Assembly (NCBI RefSeq): GCF_018350175.1
Contig: NC_058369.1
Coordinates: 12,774,001-12,834,000, forward strand
Direction: 5' to 3'
Length of the DNA stretch: 60,000 nt
Origin: Felis catus
Taxonomy: Eukaryota
Shown here piece after piece: positions 36,366 through 49,663 of the stretch; within the stretch, counting starts at the first letter, position 1, and every line of letters starts with the position of its first letter. Both the position numbers and the translations under genes were made by a program. The notes beneath the pieces are model-generated. The model did no database searches. It was not told where the DNA came from and worked only from the letters and a program-made list of their open reading frames with translations.

Positions 36366-39300
36366 TTTTAACAAGTGTTTAAAAACATGAAAACCATTCT
36401 TAGCACGCAGACTATACAGAAACAGGCTATAAGTTGCCAACTTGAGGAGAGGTCCGTGCCCACGGCCGCCCTACCCTGCCGGGCATCAGGAGGGGGTCCT
36501 CTGCACAGCCACGTTCCAGTCGTGTACAGAGCCTCTGTCACTGCCTCGGCCTGTAGTGGCAGAATTGAGTCGCTTTGACAAAGCCCCAATCTTTAGTACG
36601 TGGCCCCTCACAGAACAAGTTTGCCTGCCCGTGGTTCGCACAGTCTCACTTCATCTTTAAACACCCTGGGAAGCCAGAGGTTCTCTCCCTCATTTTATTG
36701 GAGAGGAATCTGAAACCCAAGAGCTTTGAACTAATTTGCCCCTCCCCCCCGGTTGGCACCTGCTAATGATAGCCTTGGGCCTGCAGCCCTCCCCCAAAGC
36801 CACCAGGACCCACTGGAATCCCCTGCAGACAGAGCTGTTTTCCTGGGCTTTCTGCCAGCAATAGCCCTCCACCCCACGCAGGGTTATTTTCCGAGCATTT
36901 CCACACCGGAAAGCCCCAGGTTCAAGTGGACGCCACCGGGCCGTTTGCTCAGCAGACCTGGCAGAGCAGTCCCCCACCAGGGTCCTCCATCCATGGACCA
37001 CCTGGGCAGAGACACTACCTGTGGTGCTTCTGTGCTCCATCGAGCCCACGGGACACCTCCGGGTGCCTCTTGCCATGTATGACTGTTGTCTGTGTCCCCA
37101 GACGGGCACAACCCGTCAGTGGGTGCAGGCCAAGCGCTGTTTCACACAGCAAAGTATGCCTGAAACATCTAGCAAAAGAAGTCTGGTCCCACCATGCCAG
37201 CACCAGCTTCCAGTTGATCTCGGTGTCGCGTTCTCCGCCCCCACCAATGATGCGATCAAGACGGCTCCCGCAGGCCAGCAAGCGAGGGACAGTCTCTTTC
37301 GACCCCATCTTTGGGTTTCATTGTTGCCTAAGATACGCTGATGTTCTTTTACCAAGTTCAGCCTCTGCCTGCAACCCCAGCCACTCCTCCGTCCCCACGC
37401 CCAGTCTTGGCTTGGACACGAGAGATCCGGAAGCCCTGTGTGGCTCGTGGTCTGAGGCAGGGACGGAGGCTTCACCCAGAGGTGGCATTGCAGAGGGAGG
37501 GGCAGCAGGAAGGCCACAAAAGGCGGTGGGCAGCCCACCCTGCTTGGGCGGGTGACCCCCGATCCACGGACGTGCAGGCATCCCCTTCAGACCCCCATCA
37601 CGGAGGGTGCTCTCTGAAGCTAGAACAGTTCCAGGCACACAGCATCCAGTCAACAAATTGTCAAGTGGATGGATGGGTGAACGAATGAGTGAATGAGAGC
37701 TTATGTGCAAAGCCTCACAAACACTTGGGAAGTAAGGTCGTCCCTGTGGCTAGAAGGTCAGGAGAACAGAGAAGGCCAACCCCGCAACCAAGACAAAGCC
37801 GTTAGAGTAAGCTAGAACTTTCCGCTGAGAAAGAATGGCCACAAGTAAATCTGGGAGCAGCAGAGTTATCTTGGGTTGGGCCACCTCAGCCTGGCTGGAA
37901 GGACAGCCACCCCGGGCAGGGATCCTGGGGGACTTCTCAACAGGGGAAATCCCTCCTTGGGGCTCACCTGTCAATACGGGAGGTGGGCAAGTGCGTTTGC
38001 CTCCGTGAGCTCATCGCATGGGGCTTTCAGGTTTTGAAATCTGAAAGTAAAACGGTGTTCGCCTGATACGGTCCATCGAGACTTGTTTGGTTTTTGTGCG
38101 GGATGCACAAGAGACCAGGGTTGTAAGCTCAGAAGGGGCTCGGGAATCCACCTGCCTGCTCACCAGGCCCAGGGGGAGCGGCCTCAGCTGGAACAGGCAG
38201 GCACCAACAATAGGTCTGAAGAGGGAGCCCAGGCTGTGAGGACTGAGGGGGCCAATGCATGGGGCATGGCCTGGGAACGAGGACACTGGGTTCCAACCCA
38301 GGGTCACGTCCACCGCCTGCCTGCTCTCAGACTTCGGGGAGGTCGGCAGGCCTCTCTGTGCCTCGGTTTCCGCTTCTGAAATGGGGGTTGGCACAGGTGT
38401 CTCTTAGAGCAGAAGAAAGAGCCAGAAGCTCCCAATCGCGCCTGGCGTGGGACTGGACTCCCCACGGGTCGTTCTGTGATCCTATCACCATCCTTCCTAA
38501 AATGTTTACCACGCGTCTCAGCCAGGAGCAGAGGCATCCTGTTTCAATAGAAAAGGCATCTTCTAAAATTTCTGCCTAAGTGAGAGGCTCTGCCTCGATA
38601 TCTCCAAATTAAGAAACCTTTTTGAATTTCCCAAAAGAGGAACCTCAAAGATCAGGACAGTTGGAAGACAATCAGGTGGCCTCCAGCTCTTGGCATCCTT
38701 GGCGGGGGGGGGGGGAGGGGGACAGTGGCCTGGTGGGCACGCCGTGCCCCCCCCCCCCAGGCCCAGGTGTCATCTGCCCCATCAGAGGGAGGGCGGGGGT
38801 GCTGCTCCTTTGTTAGTGTGACCTAAAAACCGTGCCTGGAGAATTTTAAATTACAGAGTCGTCTCTTAATGGGTTTCTTCTTCTATCAGGACTCCTTCCA
38901 TTTTTTTTTTTTTCTTCCCAAAGCGTGTAACTTGTATCAGAGATGTGTACTTTTATGTTATATAAGGAGGGGGGTGGAAAATGTGTGCAGGAAAGGAGAG
39001 GCCTGTTCTCCCATAGCATTTTGCCAGCGCTGTGGGTTTTCTGGCCTGGTGGGAAGGCAGCATTAGCATGTGGCCTCCGCAGCCCCCATGCCAGATCACA
39101 TCGCATCATTGCCGGCACCCTGATCCAGCTTCCTCCTCACCCCCCATCCACCCCGGGCCCCACATGACCACCATGCACACCGCCCTCCCTTGTGCCGTCT
39201 TGCGCTCTGAGCCCGTGCGTGCACCGGTCCAGCCCCCAGAGCAGCTACATAATAGTTCCCCGGGCCGCGCGCGCCAGGCCGGCATTTCCTCCTCCTCGGA

Positions 39301-40061
39301 CGTATAATAGCGGCAACCGGATATTTTTAGACTGGCTTTGAAAAGTCGCAGTGTTCTGAGACCGCATACCAGACACATGAGGTCACTGCCCACCCCCCCA
39401 CCCCCACACCAAAGCCTGGGCTGCACGGGGCTGGTGGGCCCTCACATCCCGAAGACTTTCCCTCTTGCGGTCCCCAGGACGCCAGCCCTGTTTCCTTAGA
39501 AATCCCACAGAGACTTGTCCCGAGTTCAAAAGGGGGACGGCCGTGGGCTCTTGGGCTGTGCGTGCACATTGTTGGTGAGCTTCTGTAGCGGGGCCCCGAC
39601 TACAGGGGCCGCAGCACAGAAAGAGGCCTGGTCCCCGGGGGAAGGAGCCCACACGGGCTCGGGCATCGCTTCCCCATCTGCTCGTAGTTAGGCAGGAGGG
39701 CTTGCTCACCGAGTTTATTTTCGTTTGGCGCAGGGGGAGGGCCCTGGCCCGTCCTCCGCTCCGATGCCACCCCGCAGGGTCTCGTAAGGGATGAAGGGAG
39801 GCAGCGGACCCACTGCCCGCTGATTCCCAGAGCAGAACTTGAGGAGTCTACGGACTTCATTCCAAACAAACAAACAAACAAAACACGATCCCAGGGCCGA
39901 ACTGGGGGGGAGCGAGGGATTCAACCTAGAAAGACAGTTTGCTTCCTCACAGGACTCCACAGGCCTGCAGTGCACGTGGGGACCCTCAGGACGGGATGAA
40001 GGGCCCGCAGAGCCCTCGACCACCCAGCCTTGCAGACCCGTCATACCTTCCTCTGTATATA

Positions 40062-40238
40062 GCAGGGCTACCTGACAGTTCAGCCAGCTCTGGGGACATT
40101 TTTGGTTGTCGCCGATGCTGCTGGCCTCTGGCAGGTGGAGGCCAAGGACGCTGCTCAGGACCCAACAGCACACGGACAGTCCCATCGCTGAAAAGGATCC
40201 AGCCCCGAGGATCAGCAGTGCCGAGGCTGGGGACCCTG
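40062..40238 (-). mobile_element. MER20
   Basis: ctggggacatttttggttgtc...gtggaggccaaggacgctgct...cagtgccgaggctg. Confidence 0.75.
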
Positions 40239-41589
40239 CGCTGGGTTCCACAGACACTTGGGAGAGCAGGCAGTCCCAGACCTGGCCCCAGGCTGTTGTC
40301 ACCCAGCCACTGGGCCGGCAGCTCAGTCACACATCAGGACCTGGTCGTTCCCACTGGCTGAAGAGCCCGTGTGTTTAACTCAGCTCTTCGAAGGCTTTCA
40401 AAACCCGGCCAATGGACACGTCCTAAGGAAGCATTTGTGAAGACGAGAAGGGGCCCCTGTGGCCGCTGACTTGGGAAAGTGCCTCCTCAGACTGGGTTCT
40501 GCCTCCATAAGGCCGTGGGGAGCCCCCCCCCAATCCCAAAAGTGCCCAGCCACCACCCCTGCCCCAAGCAGAGCCCCCATTTCCAGTACTGGGCCAGGTT
40601 GCCTCCCTGGGGCACCTCCTTCATTGTTCCTTCCTGCTGGGTGACTTGGCCTCAGGTCTTTCAGCAGGGCCCATTCTTGGGGTCTGGAGCCCCTGGAGCA
40701 GTGGGGCAGGAAGTTGCTTGTCCTGTGATCCCCATCTGCCAGGCACCTGACAGCCCGGTGCCGCTGTCCTGGTTCCGGGCTCTGCTGATTGGAGCCGTTC
40801 TCAAAGGAAGTGTCCTGGCAGACGCTTCTTCATGGGGCCTTCACATCGCGACACCAGAAGCTCTGATCGGGGATCTGCTACATCCATTTCTCTGCAGAAT
40901 GAAGCCTTTAAGAAAATCCTGCTTGCTCTCCGTGTGGGCGCGTCTCCCGGTCCCTGAGTCCCCTGCGAGCCTCTCCACCTCTCCCTGCCCTGCCTTCATC
41001 CCCCTGGCCCACCAGACCCTCACACACCTACACTCAGCCCCCAAACCCCTGCAGACCTTGACAGTGGCCTTGCCACTTCCTTCCCGCTGCCCTCACGCCT
41101 TCCCAGCCTTCCACACAGCTCAGCCTTCTCGAACTGGAACATTGTTGGCCTGACCCTCCATGTGGCCACCAGGCTTCCCTTTCTGTGTGTGAGTGGGGCA
41201 TCACCCCACCCCATGTCACCCCTTCTTTGGCGCCTGGAGACACAAGGGCTTGGACAGCTGAGCGCCAGTCTCCATGACCAGTTCTGCCTTTCTCTCCTCA
41301 TCTGCCCAGCCCCGTGGCCCCCACCTCTGCCAGTGTCTTTCTCCCTGAAAACAGGGAACACCCCCCCCCCAGCACCTTCTTCCCTGCCCTGCGTTCCCCC
41401 AAGGTTTTATCATATGTTCCCCCTGCCTGTTCACCCCTTAGGGCTGTTGGATACCTCATGGAAAGGGGGGCACCCCAAAAACCTGGGCAGGGTGTGTGCT
41501 TTGTCTTAATCTGGGTGGTGGACCCTTAGGAGGCTCCAGGGGGACCCCACTGAGTCACAGACTCCATGCACTATTCATACTTTCCTCTG

Positions 41590-41955
41590 TGTATTGGAAA
41601 TGAAGCCCTGATTCATGCCACAATGAGAATGAACCCCAAAAGCATCATGCGGAGTGAGGGACACCAGACAAAAAAGCCACATAACGTATGTATGCTCCCA
41701 CCTAGGTGAAACGTCCCGAACAGGCAATTCCGTAGAGGCAGAAAGCAGATTGATGGCTGTCGGGGGCTGGAGGAGGCAGGAGGGGGGGGTGGGAAGTGAG
41801 TTCTAATGGGGATGGGGTCTCCTTTTGGGGTGACGGAAATGTTCTGGAATGAGGCAGAGGTGACAGTTACACAACACTGGGAACGTCCTAAATGCCACTG
41901 AATTGTTTATTTTAAAACGGTTAAGTTTGCGTTATGCCCGTTTTACTCCAGTCAA
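41590..41955 (+). mobile_element. L1MB-like 3' end
   Basis: ggaaatgaagccctgattcatgccaca...gtcctaaatgccactgaattg. Confidence 0.78.
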
Positions 41956-41965
41956 AAAGCTCGCC

Positions 41966-42160
41966 AGGGCGCGTGGGTGGCTCCGTCGGTTAAGTGACCG
42001 ACTCTCGATTTTGGCTGACGGTTCATGAGTTCGAGCCCCAAGTCGGTCTCTGCGCTGACAGTGCGGAGCCTGCTCGGGGTTGCGTCTCTCTCCCCCTCCC
42101 CCTCCAGTGTGCCTGCCTGCTCGCTCTCTCTCTCTCTCTCTCTCAAAAGAAATAAACTTT
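41966..42160 (+). mobile_element. Can-SINE
   Basis: SINE head, (CT)n, aaataaa. Confidence 0.82.
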
Positions 42161-42291
42161 GAAGAAATTTGCCGTGAACTGGCTTGCCATCCCACAGAAT
42201 TACAGAACCCCCTCCAGGACGGGACGTGTCTCCACATCTGCTTCCTCCTACCCAGCCTCATATTCTTCTGGAGCCCAGCGCCCATCTCAGC

Positions 42292-42630
42292 CCAGGGCCC
42301 AGCAACCTCCTTTCAGAAAGGGCCAAATAGTAAATATTTTCAGCTTTGCAGGCCCGCAGGTCTCTCTCATGGCTACTCTGCTGTTAACGCTATAGAAGCG
42401 GCCGTGAAAGATCCATAAATGAGCGGGCCTGGCTATCCACCAAGAAAACTTCATTTACAGACACGAAAATGTGAATAGGATTTTCATGTGTCAGGAAATA
42501 ATATTCTTCTTGGGTTGTTTTTTTTTTTTTTTTTTTAATGATTTACAAATGTAAAAACCACTCTTGGCTCACAGGGAGTACAAAAATAAGCAACAGACTG
42601 GATTTCGCCCACGGGCCAGAGTTCACCGTA
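42292..42630 (+). mobile_element. MER58B
   Basis: aagggccaaatagtaaatattttcagctttgcaggcc...aatgtaaaaaccactcttggctc. Confidence 0.78.
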
Positions 42631-42914
42631 TGAACAATTGTAACTGAGAAAGGATGCCGCTGATGGGCCTTTTTCATGTCCGAGACTTAACACTTGAACC
42701 CCCCTCACCCAACCCAAACCCAGAGATAAAGCGTTAAGTATGGTGCAGCCCACCCGGGCCTCACACCTTCGGGGTCTCCAGTTCTCGGGCCGCCGGGTGA
42801 CTTCAGCCAGATGAGCGTCCACGGCGCCCAGGGGGACCTCCGAGGCTCCAGGCTGAGGCGCGTGTAGACATTTCATCCTCGTGATCTGAAAACCTGCTTC
42901 CGTTTTCCTCACAG

Positions 42915-43009
42915 GCTTTTGGGAATGCCAAAACAGCCCACAACAACAATTCCAGTCGATTTGGGAAATTCATCCAAGTCAACTACCTGGAGAGTGGCAT
43001 CGTGAGAGG
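42915..43009 (+). CDS. MYO9B: Myosin IXb exon 3 (switch I)
   Basis: ttcctcacag|[32 protein letters not shown]|gtgagt; 95 nt. Confidence 0.97.
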
Positions 43010-43544
43010 GTGAGTTGGTAGGCATCTAGCTGTGTACCACCAGCCTTGGTCTGGGGTCCTGGGGCATCCCTGTAAGGAAGAGCCAGCCCGGGAGCTCAGT
43101 GTTGACATTACGGCCGTGCAGACACGTGTGGATCGTACGGAGACGCAAATGTGATTTTTTTTTTTTCCGAAGTCATTGATGTGAAGATCTGAACTGTGGG
43201 TCAAAGTGGGAGGTGTAGGTGCAGGAGGGGCGGGACCTCTGTCCCCCGGTCACGGAGCATGGGCCCCGGTGCCCAAGAAGCAAGTACGATGACCTGAAGG
43301 TGCTAGTCTGCCAAGAACTGGTAAGGACACGCCAAGCTATGTCTTGGTCTTGATGAGGTTTTGAATTTGGTGGCTCTGGAGATACCACAGGCAAAGCTGA
43401 TGCGGACCGTGGAGTTTGCCAAAGGTGTGCCCCTTTAGCCAGGAGAAGACGTAAAAGACGTAATGCTGGGTAGCAAGTTGAAGCGGTTGTCCAGGGAAGT
43501 ACTCAAGGGTGGGTAGATGCCTAGACGGGAGGGAGGGAGGAAGG

Positions 43545-44030
43545 GGAGATAGATTCATGGATTGATCCATGGGTGTGTGGGTAGATGGATAGATGGATAG
43601 ATTCTTGGGTATGTGGGTGAGTGGATAGATGCATAGATTCATGGGTGGGTGGATGGATTCATTAGATGGGTGATGGATGGATGCTTGGATGGATGGATGG
43701 ATGGATGGATGGATGGATGGATGGATGCATGGATGGATGGATGCATGGATGGATGGATGCATGGATGGATGGATGGATGGATGGATGGATGGATGCTTGG
43801 ATGGATGGATGGATGGATGGATGGATGGATGGATGGATGGATGGATGCTTGGATGGATGGATGGATGGATGGATGGATGGATGGATGGATGGATAGATTC
43901 ATGGATTGGGGAGGTGGGGAGGTGGATAGGCTCATTGCTAGATGGATAAATTCATAGGTGGCTGAGTTCGTATGTTGATGGATTCATGGATGGATGGATG
44001 GATCAGGTAGATGGGTGAGTGGGTGGGTGG
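43545..44030. repeat. (GGAT)n array with degenerate flanks
   Basis: Near-pure GGAT at 43675-43894 with GCTT/GCAT variant units. Confidence 0.95.
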
Positions 44031-44307
44031 TAACTGGGCTGTGAAGTTGATTGCCTGGTGGAAGTTAAAACAGACCAGCATTTTGTGCCGAAAATGTGAG
44101 TTCTGGAGGCATGGTTATCTCAGCTATATGTGTAACGTTGAAATCGTGCTCATTTACACTCTGTAGCAGTTATGCTTATGAAAATATCTGGCAGTTGTGT
44201 GCAGCGAATTAAAGTGATAAGGAATTATCTGTTTTGTCATAGTATTTAAGCCATGTCATTTAAGAACTCTATTCTGAAGGATTTCTTTTTTAAAAAGTAT
44301 ATATTCT

Positions 44308-44502
44308 GGGGGTGCCTGGGGGGCTCATGTCACGATCTCAGAGTTCATGGGTTTGCGCCCTGCGTCCAGCTCTGTGCTGATAGCTCGGAGCCTGGAGCCT
44401 GCTTCAGATTCTGTGTCTCCCTCTCTCTCTCTGCCCCACCCCTGCTCACACTCTGTCTCTCTGTGTCTCAAAAATGAATAAATGTTAAAAAAAATTTTTT
44501 TT
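44308..44502 (+). mobile_element. SINEC_Fc
   Basis: TSD aagtatatattctg. Confidence 0.88.
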
Positions 44503-44630
44503 AAGTATATATTCTGAAAAAAAAAGCATTCTGGGTAGTTGCAGTTGGTTAAAACGTAATTGTGATTGAATACTACACAGTGTTTTGGGTATTTTTTACT
44601 ATGCAAAGGTCTTATAGGCCAATAAAACTC

Positions 44631-44835
44631 TTTTTTTTTTTAGTTTATTTTTGAGAGAGAGAGAGAGAGAGAGAGCAAGCAAGGGCAGGGCAGAGAGAGA
44701 GGGACGGACAGAGGATCCGAAGTGAGCTCTGCACTGACAGAGAGCCCAATGTGGGACTTGAACTCACGAACCATGAGATCATGACCTGAGCCGAACGAAG
44801 TTGGACGCTTAACCCACTGAGCCACACAGGCGCCC
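44631..44835 (-). mobile_element. Can-SINE
   Basis: TSD gccaataaaactct. Confidence 0.88.
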
Positions 44836-44929
44836 TTGCCAATAAAACTCTCTCAAAGTAAAAAAAAAAAAAAGGCATCTTGGCATAATCCAAGGTTATT
44901 CAAAGGGATCCTCCCTGCTTCCACATTCT

Positions 44930-45145
44930 TTTTTTTAATTTTTTTTTAATGTTTATTTATTTTTGAGACAGAGACAGAGCATGAGCAGGGGAGGGGCAGA
45001 GAGAGAGGGAGACACAGAATCCGAAGCAGGCTCCAGGCTCCGAGCCGTCAGCACGGAGCCTGACGCGGGGCTCGAACTCGTCAACCTCAAGATCATGCCC
45101 TGAGCCAAAGTCGGACGCTCAACTGACTGAGCCCCCCAGGCGCCC
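44930..45145 (-). mobile_element. SINEC_Fc
   Basis: TSD ctgcttccacat. Confidence 0.9.
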
Positions 45146-45811
45146 CTCTGCTTCCACATACTGATGTGAGGGTCTGCCGTGGCAGCAGATTTACACCCGT
45201 TCCAGGTGATGCTCTGAGCAGCGGGGTGAGAAGCCCCGAATGTTTGATGTGGGGAGAGCTAAGCAGCAGGACTAGAGGCCTAGAGAAGGCTCTGGCATTT
45301 CGGGAATGGAGAAGTCCTCAAGTGGCAGGGCCCGGGGATAGGGTCCAAATTATACAGGTTCTTCTGTCCCTCTAACCCGACTGATGATCGTTTCAAATGC
45401 CAGTTCGTGTTCAGGACACAAGCAGGAATGTTGTTTTCCCGAGTCCTTCAGCCTCTGGCTTTTTCCCACTGGCTTTTTCCCACTGGCTCCAGGGGGCGGT
45501 GGTATGGGTGAGGGACCCCCCAGTAATGACACTTCTCTTCTGGCTCCTCAGCCCCCCCCCACAGACCATCCAGTGGTCCCCCCGCCCAGCACTGCTGGGC
45601 CCCTCCACGGGCACTGCCACCCACCCACGTTGCAAGGCAACTGACCAGCCAGAGATGCCCAGAATTATACCTTGTCTACAGTCCTGGGGGCTCCGTCAGG
45701 GGACCAGAGACGCCAGAAGGCTGCCTCATGTTTTCCTGGGTCCCAGACTGGCTCTGCAGCCGTGGGCCAGACACTAGAGCCCTTGCTCCCAGCTCACTCC
45801 TCTGTGTGGCC

Positions 45812-46260
45812 TGTGTTTGGTGTCCTGGGGCTGCCTTAACAAAGTGCCACGAACCGGGGGCTCAGAACAACAGGAGTCTGTTGTCTCCCAGCCCTGAAGA
45901 TACAGAAATCAAGACGTAGGCAGGACAGTGCTCCCTCCGGAGGCCACGGGAGAGGGTTCTTCATGCCCCTCTTGCAGCTTCTGGTGACCCCAGGCCTGTC
46001 TTGGCTTGTGGCCACATCACCCCAATCTCTGCTTCCACGTGGCATCACGTGGCCTTCTCCTCTGTGTCTCTCGGTGATTCTCTTCTACCTTTCAGGACAT
46101 TTGTCCTTGGATTCAGGGTTCACCCTGATCATGGAGGATGATCGTATCTCCAGATCCTTCCCTTAATCGCATCTCCAAAGACCCTTTTTCCAAATAAGGT
46201 GACATTCACAGGGTCCAAGTGGACATTGCTTCTGGGGGCCACCGTTCGCGACCCAGTATG
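45812..46260 (-). mobile_element. MLT1 LTR
   Basis: ggggctgccttaacaaagtgccac...cttgtggccacatcac...tttccaaataaggtgacattcac. Confidence 0.82.
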
Positions 46261-47132
46261 CCAGCAAGGGCTGGCCCTCCGCTAACTGGTACAGCCTGCT
46301 CTTCCTGCCACAGTCTCCCGTCAAGCTCAGGGCCAGAGGCCTCGGTGGCAGGGTCTTAGAGACCAACTTCTGAAAGTCATATGCGTGGCCTCAGATTCAG
46401 GAGAGGAAGTCCCACCTCGGCCCATGACCGTGGCCTGCCCACGCTCCAAGGAGGAGGTGCACTTCCTGTCCGGGGAGTGGCCATGGCCAGCTGGAGAAGA
46501 GCAGGCCCAGACCCGGTTCTGCTTTTGGGGAGGTGACACTTCTCAGTGCCATTTCCTATGGAGGCTAAGGGTCAGGGACAGTCCAAGGCTTCTTCCAGTT
46601 CCCCAATCTGCAAGGCCTCGTCTTCCTGTGGGTTCAGTGGCTCCGTGTCGGGGGATCGCTGGCCCCCTACAAACCCGCCAATAGGGGCCTGGGGCCTCAA
46701 AAATGATCAGGAAAGGGAAGGGGCTGTCATCGTCAAATGACAACTCAGTGCCAGTGAGGGGTCACTGTCCTCCCCTTACGCTGACACAGCACAGGGAATT
46801 GGCCACAGGGGTAGATTCAAACAGGAGTCTGATTCTAGAACCAGATGCAGCCTCCCTCCCCAGGAGAACAAACCGCCGATAACTAAAATAGTTACTAGCT
46901 GGGGCAAGAAATAGAAAAAACATGGGCTTGAAAGAAGAGAGGACACAGGCTGAGCCCGTGGAGCCCCACCCGTGCATGTTTTGTGTGCATGTGTCCCAGG
47001 CAAGGCTGCAGACAGAGACTGTTGTCCTGAAGAGAGAGGCAGGTGGCCTCCAGAAAGCCCTGGATCAGAGGCCCGGTGCTGCCCCCACCCCTCGGCCACC
47101 AGCTGCCTCTCCTGTAAAACACAGTGGGCTCC

Positions 47133-47556
47133 GGGGCTCCTAGGTGGCTCAGTCGGTTGAGCATCGGACTTCAGCTCCAGTCATGATCTCACAGCTCGTG
47201 AGTTCGAGCCCCGCGTCAAGGCTCTGTGCCGACAGCTCGGACCCTGGAGCCTGCTTCCGATTCTGTGTCTCCCTCTCTCTCTCCGCCCTTCCCCTGCTCA
47301 TGCTCTATCTCTGTTTCTCTTTTAAAAAAAATAAATAAAGGGGCTCCTGGGTGGCTCAGTCGGTTAAGCAGCCGACTTCGGCTCAGGTCATGATCTCTCG
47401 GTCCATGAGTTCGAGCCCCGCGTCGGGCTCTGTGCTGACAGCTCAGAGCCTGGAGCCTGTTTCAGATTCTGTGTCTCTCTCTGTCTGACTCTCCCCTGTT
47501 CATGCTCTGTCTCTCCCTGTCTCAAAAATAAATAAAACGTTAAAAAAAATTTTTTT
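47133..47556 (+). mobile_element. Two SINEC_Fc in tandem (second begins at 47340 in the A tail of the first)
   Basis: Two ggggctcct(a/g)ggtggctcagtcggtt heads. Confidence 0.9.
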
Positions 47557-47892
47557 AAATAAATAAATAAAACATTAAAAAAAAAAGAAAATTAAAAACA
47601 CAAGAGGCTCAAACAAGGGTTGCCTGCAGAGCCCTCCAGCTCCCACCCGTGGTGATGGTGGAACCCGTGAAAGACCAGCCCCTCTGGCCCCAGAGAGTGT
47701 GCAGGGAGCAGGGCCAATGCAGGCTTGGGTCCCCGCCAGGCCACTTCCCTCCTGTGGAGTCCCAGGCAACATGTGGCCTCTTCAGTTTTTAGTACCTCAT
47801 CTATCAGTGGAAGCCACAGTGCCCGCCCCCCAGGGGGAAGGATTCAGGGCACCTAATCCTTGCAAACCAGTGCTTAGAAAGTAGTAGATGCT

Positions 47893-48093
47893 GGGGTTTG
47901 TGGGTGGCTCAGTCAGTTGAGCGTCTGACTTCGGCTCAGGTCATGATCTCACGGTGCACGAGTTCGAGCCCCCCATCAGGCTTTTCACTGACAGCTCAGA
48001 GCCTGCTTGGAATTCTCTCTCTCCTCCCTCTCTCTGCCTCTCCCCCCCACTCGTGCCTGCGCTTTCTCTGTCTCCTCAAAATAAGTAAATAAA
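47893..48093 (+). mobile_element. Can-SINE
   Basis: gggtggctcagtcagttgagcgtctgacttcggctcagg. Confidence 0.85.
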
Positions 48094-48725
48094 CTAACAG
48101 AAAAGAAGGATGCTGAAGGAAAATTCGCCATTACTGCTGTCAGCATTCAGAGTATGGCAGCAGAGGTTCCTGGCCCCTGCCCTAGGGCCACACAGCAAAC
48201 ATTCAGACGTCCCTCGGCTGATGAACAGGCTGACGCAATGTGGCGGGTCCAGCCATAAGAAGGAATGGAGTTCTGGTACATGCCCCCATGTGGCTGAATC
48301 CGAGAATCATTGGGCCGAGGTGACAAGGCAGACACAGTATACGTACCGAATGCTCGTATTTCTTTCAAATTCTAGAAAATGCAAACTAATCTAGAGCGGA
48401 GCCGATCGGTGGCTGTTTCGGGGTGGGGTGGGAGGCAGGGAGGGATGACCAAGGCCCAGGAAGCTTGGTCATGGTGGCGGGCACACAGGTGTCACCACCA
48501 GTCACCAGTTCACACGCTTTTTGCTTGTCGTACGTCAGGGACCGCTGGTAAAGCTCTCGAAAGAAAATGTGTAGATTATGGAAGGATCCAGTCAAAAATC
48601 ACCCGGTTGAAGCACGCGCGGTCTGTATCGGTAATAAAGCTGTAGAAAAAGTAGAAAACGAACCTGTTATCATCTTATAGTTAGATTTTTTTTTTCGGGG
48701 GGGAGGGGTGGAGAGAGAATCTCTC

Positions 48726-48905
48726 TTTTTTTAATGTTTAAGAGAGAGCACACGCATGTGTGCACACACAAGGAAGAGAGGGGCGGAGAGAGAGAGAATC
48801 CCAAGCAGGCTCCACGCTCAGTGCAGAGCCCAATGACGGGCTCGACCCCACGACTCTGGGATCACGACCTGACAAGAGTCAGACACCTGAGCCATTCGGG
48901 CGCCC
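48726..48905 (-). mobile_element. Can-SINE
   Basis: gagagaatcccaagcaggctcc...gggcgccc. Confidence 0.8.
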
Positions 48906-49087
48906 GTAGGCTGATCGTATTTCTAGAGGTGATTTAGGCGCCCGTGGTTTACCTTGGGTCAAAGGAAGTTAGTCCACAGCTGGCGTCCTGATGGTGTAAC
49001 AGACGACACCCGTTCCTTCCAGAAAAGCGTATCAAAAGGTAACATTTTCTCCCTTCATTTTTTTTTTTTTTTTCCTTTTAATGACAG

Positions 49088-49150
49088 GGCTGTGGTGGAA
49101 AAATACCTGCTGGAAAAGTCTCGCCTGGTCTCTCAAGAGAAGGATGAGAG
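49088..49150 (+). CDS. MYO9B: Myosin IXb exon 4
   Basis: T-rich tract ...atgacag|AVVEKYLLEKSRLVSQEKDER|gtaaga; 63 nt; LLEKSR myosin motif. Confidence 0.96.
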
Positions 49151-49563
49151 GTAAGAGGAAATTTTCTCAGTGACCCGCCATATCTGCCTTCTTCCCGCAC
49201 AAAGGAGAGAAGCAGGTGGCTTGGCCCCACGGGAGGCAGCGGCCCGTCTCCCCGGAGTGAGCTGCTCTGTGGCCGCGAGCTTTGCACTCCTACCTCCTGA
49301 AAGCCACCTTTCGCCCTTATTTCTGTGCCTCCCCCCGGGCTTTTCCCCAGAGTGAGCCCCCCCCCCCAGCCCCAGAAACGTAGTCACTGGCAAAGCTCAC
49401 AGCTTCATTTTCTTCTCAAGACGTAACGGGAATCGACGTATTGTCTCAAATTTGTACGTATTCGAGGCGCCCTCCTTCCCATAAACGGTATTAGTAGCGG
49501 CTTGAAGCGTAACTGCTGCTTGGCCCCCCAAAACGCATTTTTCCTCCCCATTCGGACCCACAG

Positions 49564-49663
49564 GAACTATCACGTGTTTTATTACTTGTTACTTGGGGTC
49601 AGCGAGGAAGAGCGTCAAGAATTTCAGCTCAAGCAGCCTGAAGATTATTTCTACCTCAACCAG
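49564..49663 (+). CDS. MYO9B: Myosin IXb exon 5
   Basis: cacag|NYHVFYYLLLGVSEEERQEFQLKQPEDYFYLNQ|gtaaac; 100 nt. Confidence 0.96.

Noticed and set aside
43337..43957. WMDG / HPSI repeat ORFs
   Set aside because: Translations of the (GGAT)n microsatellite.
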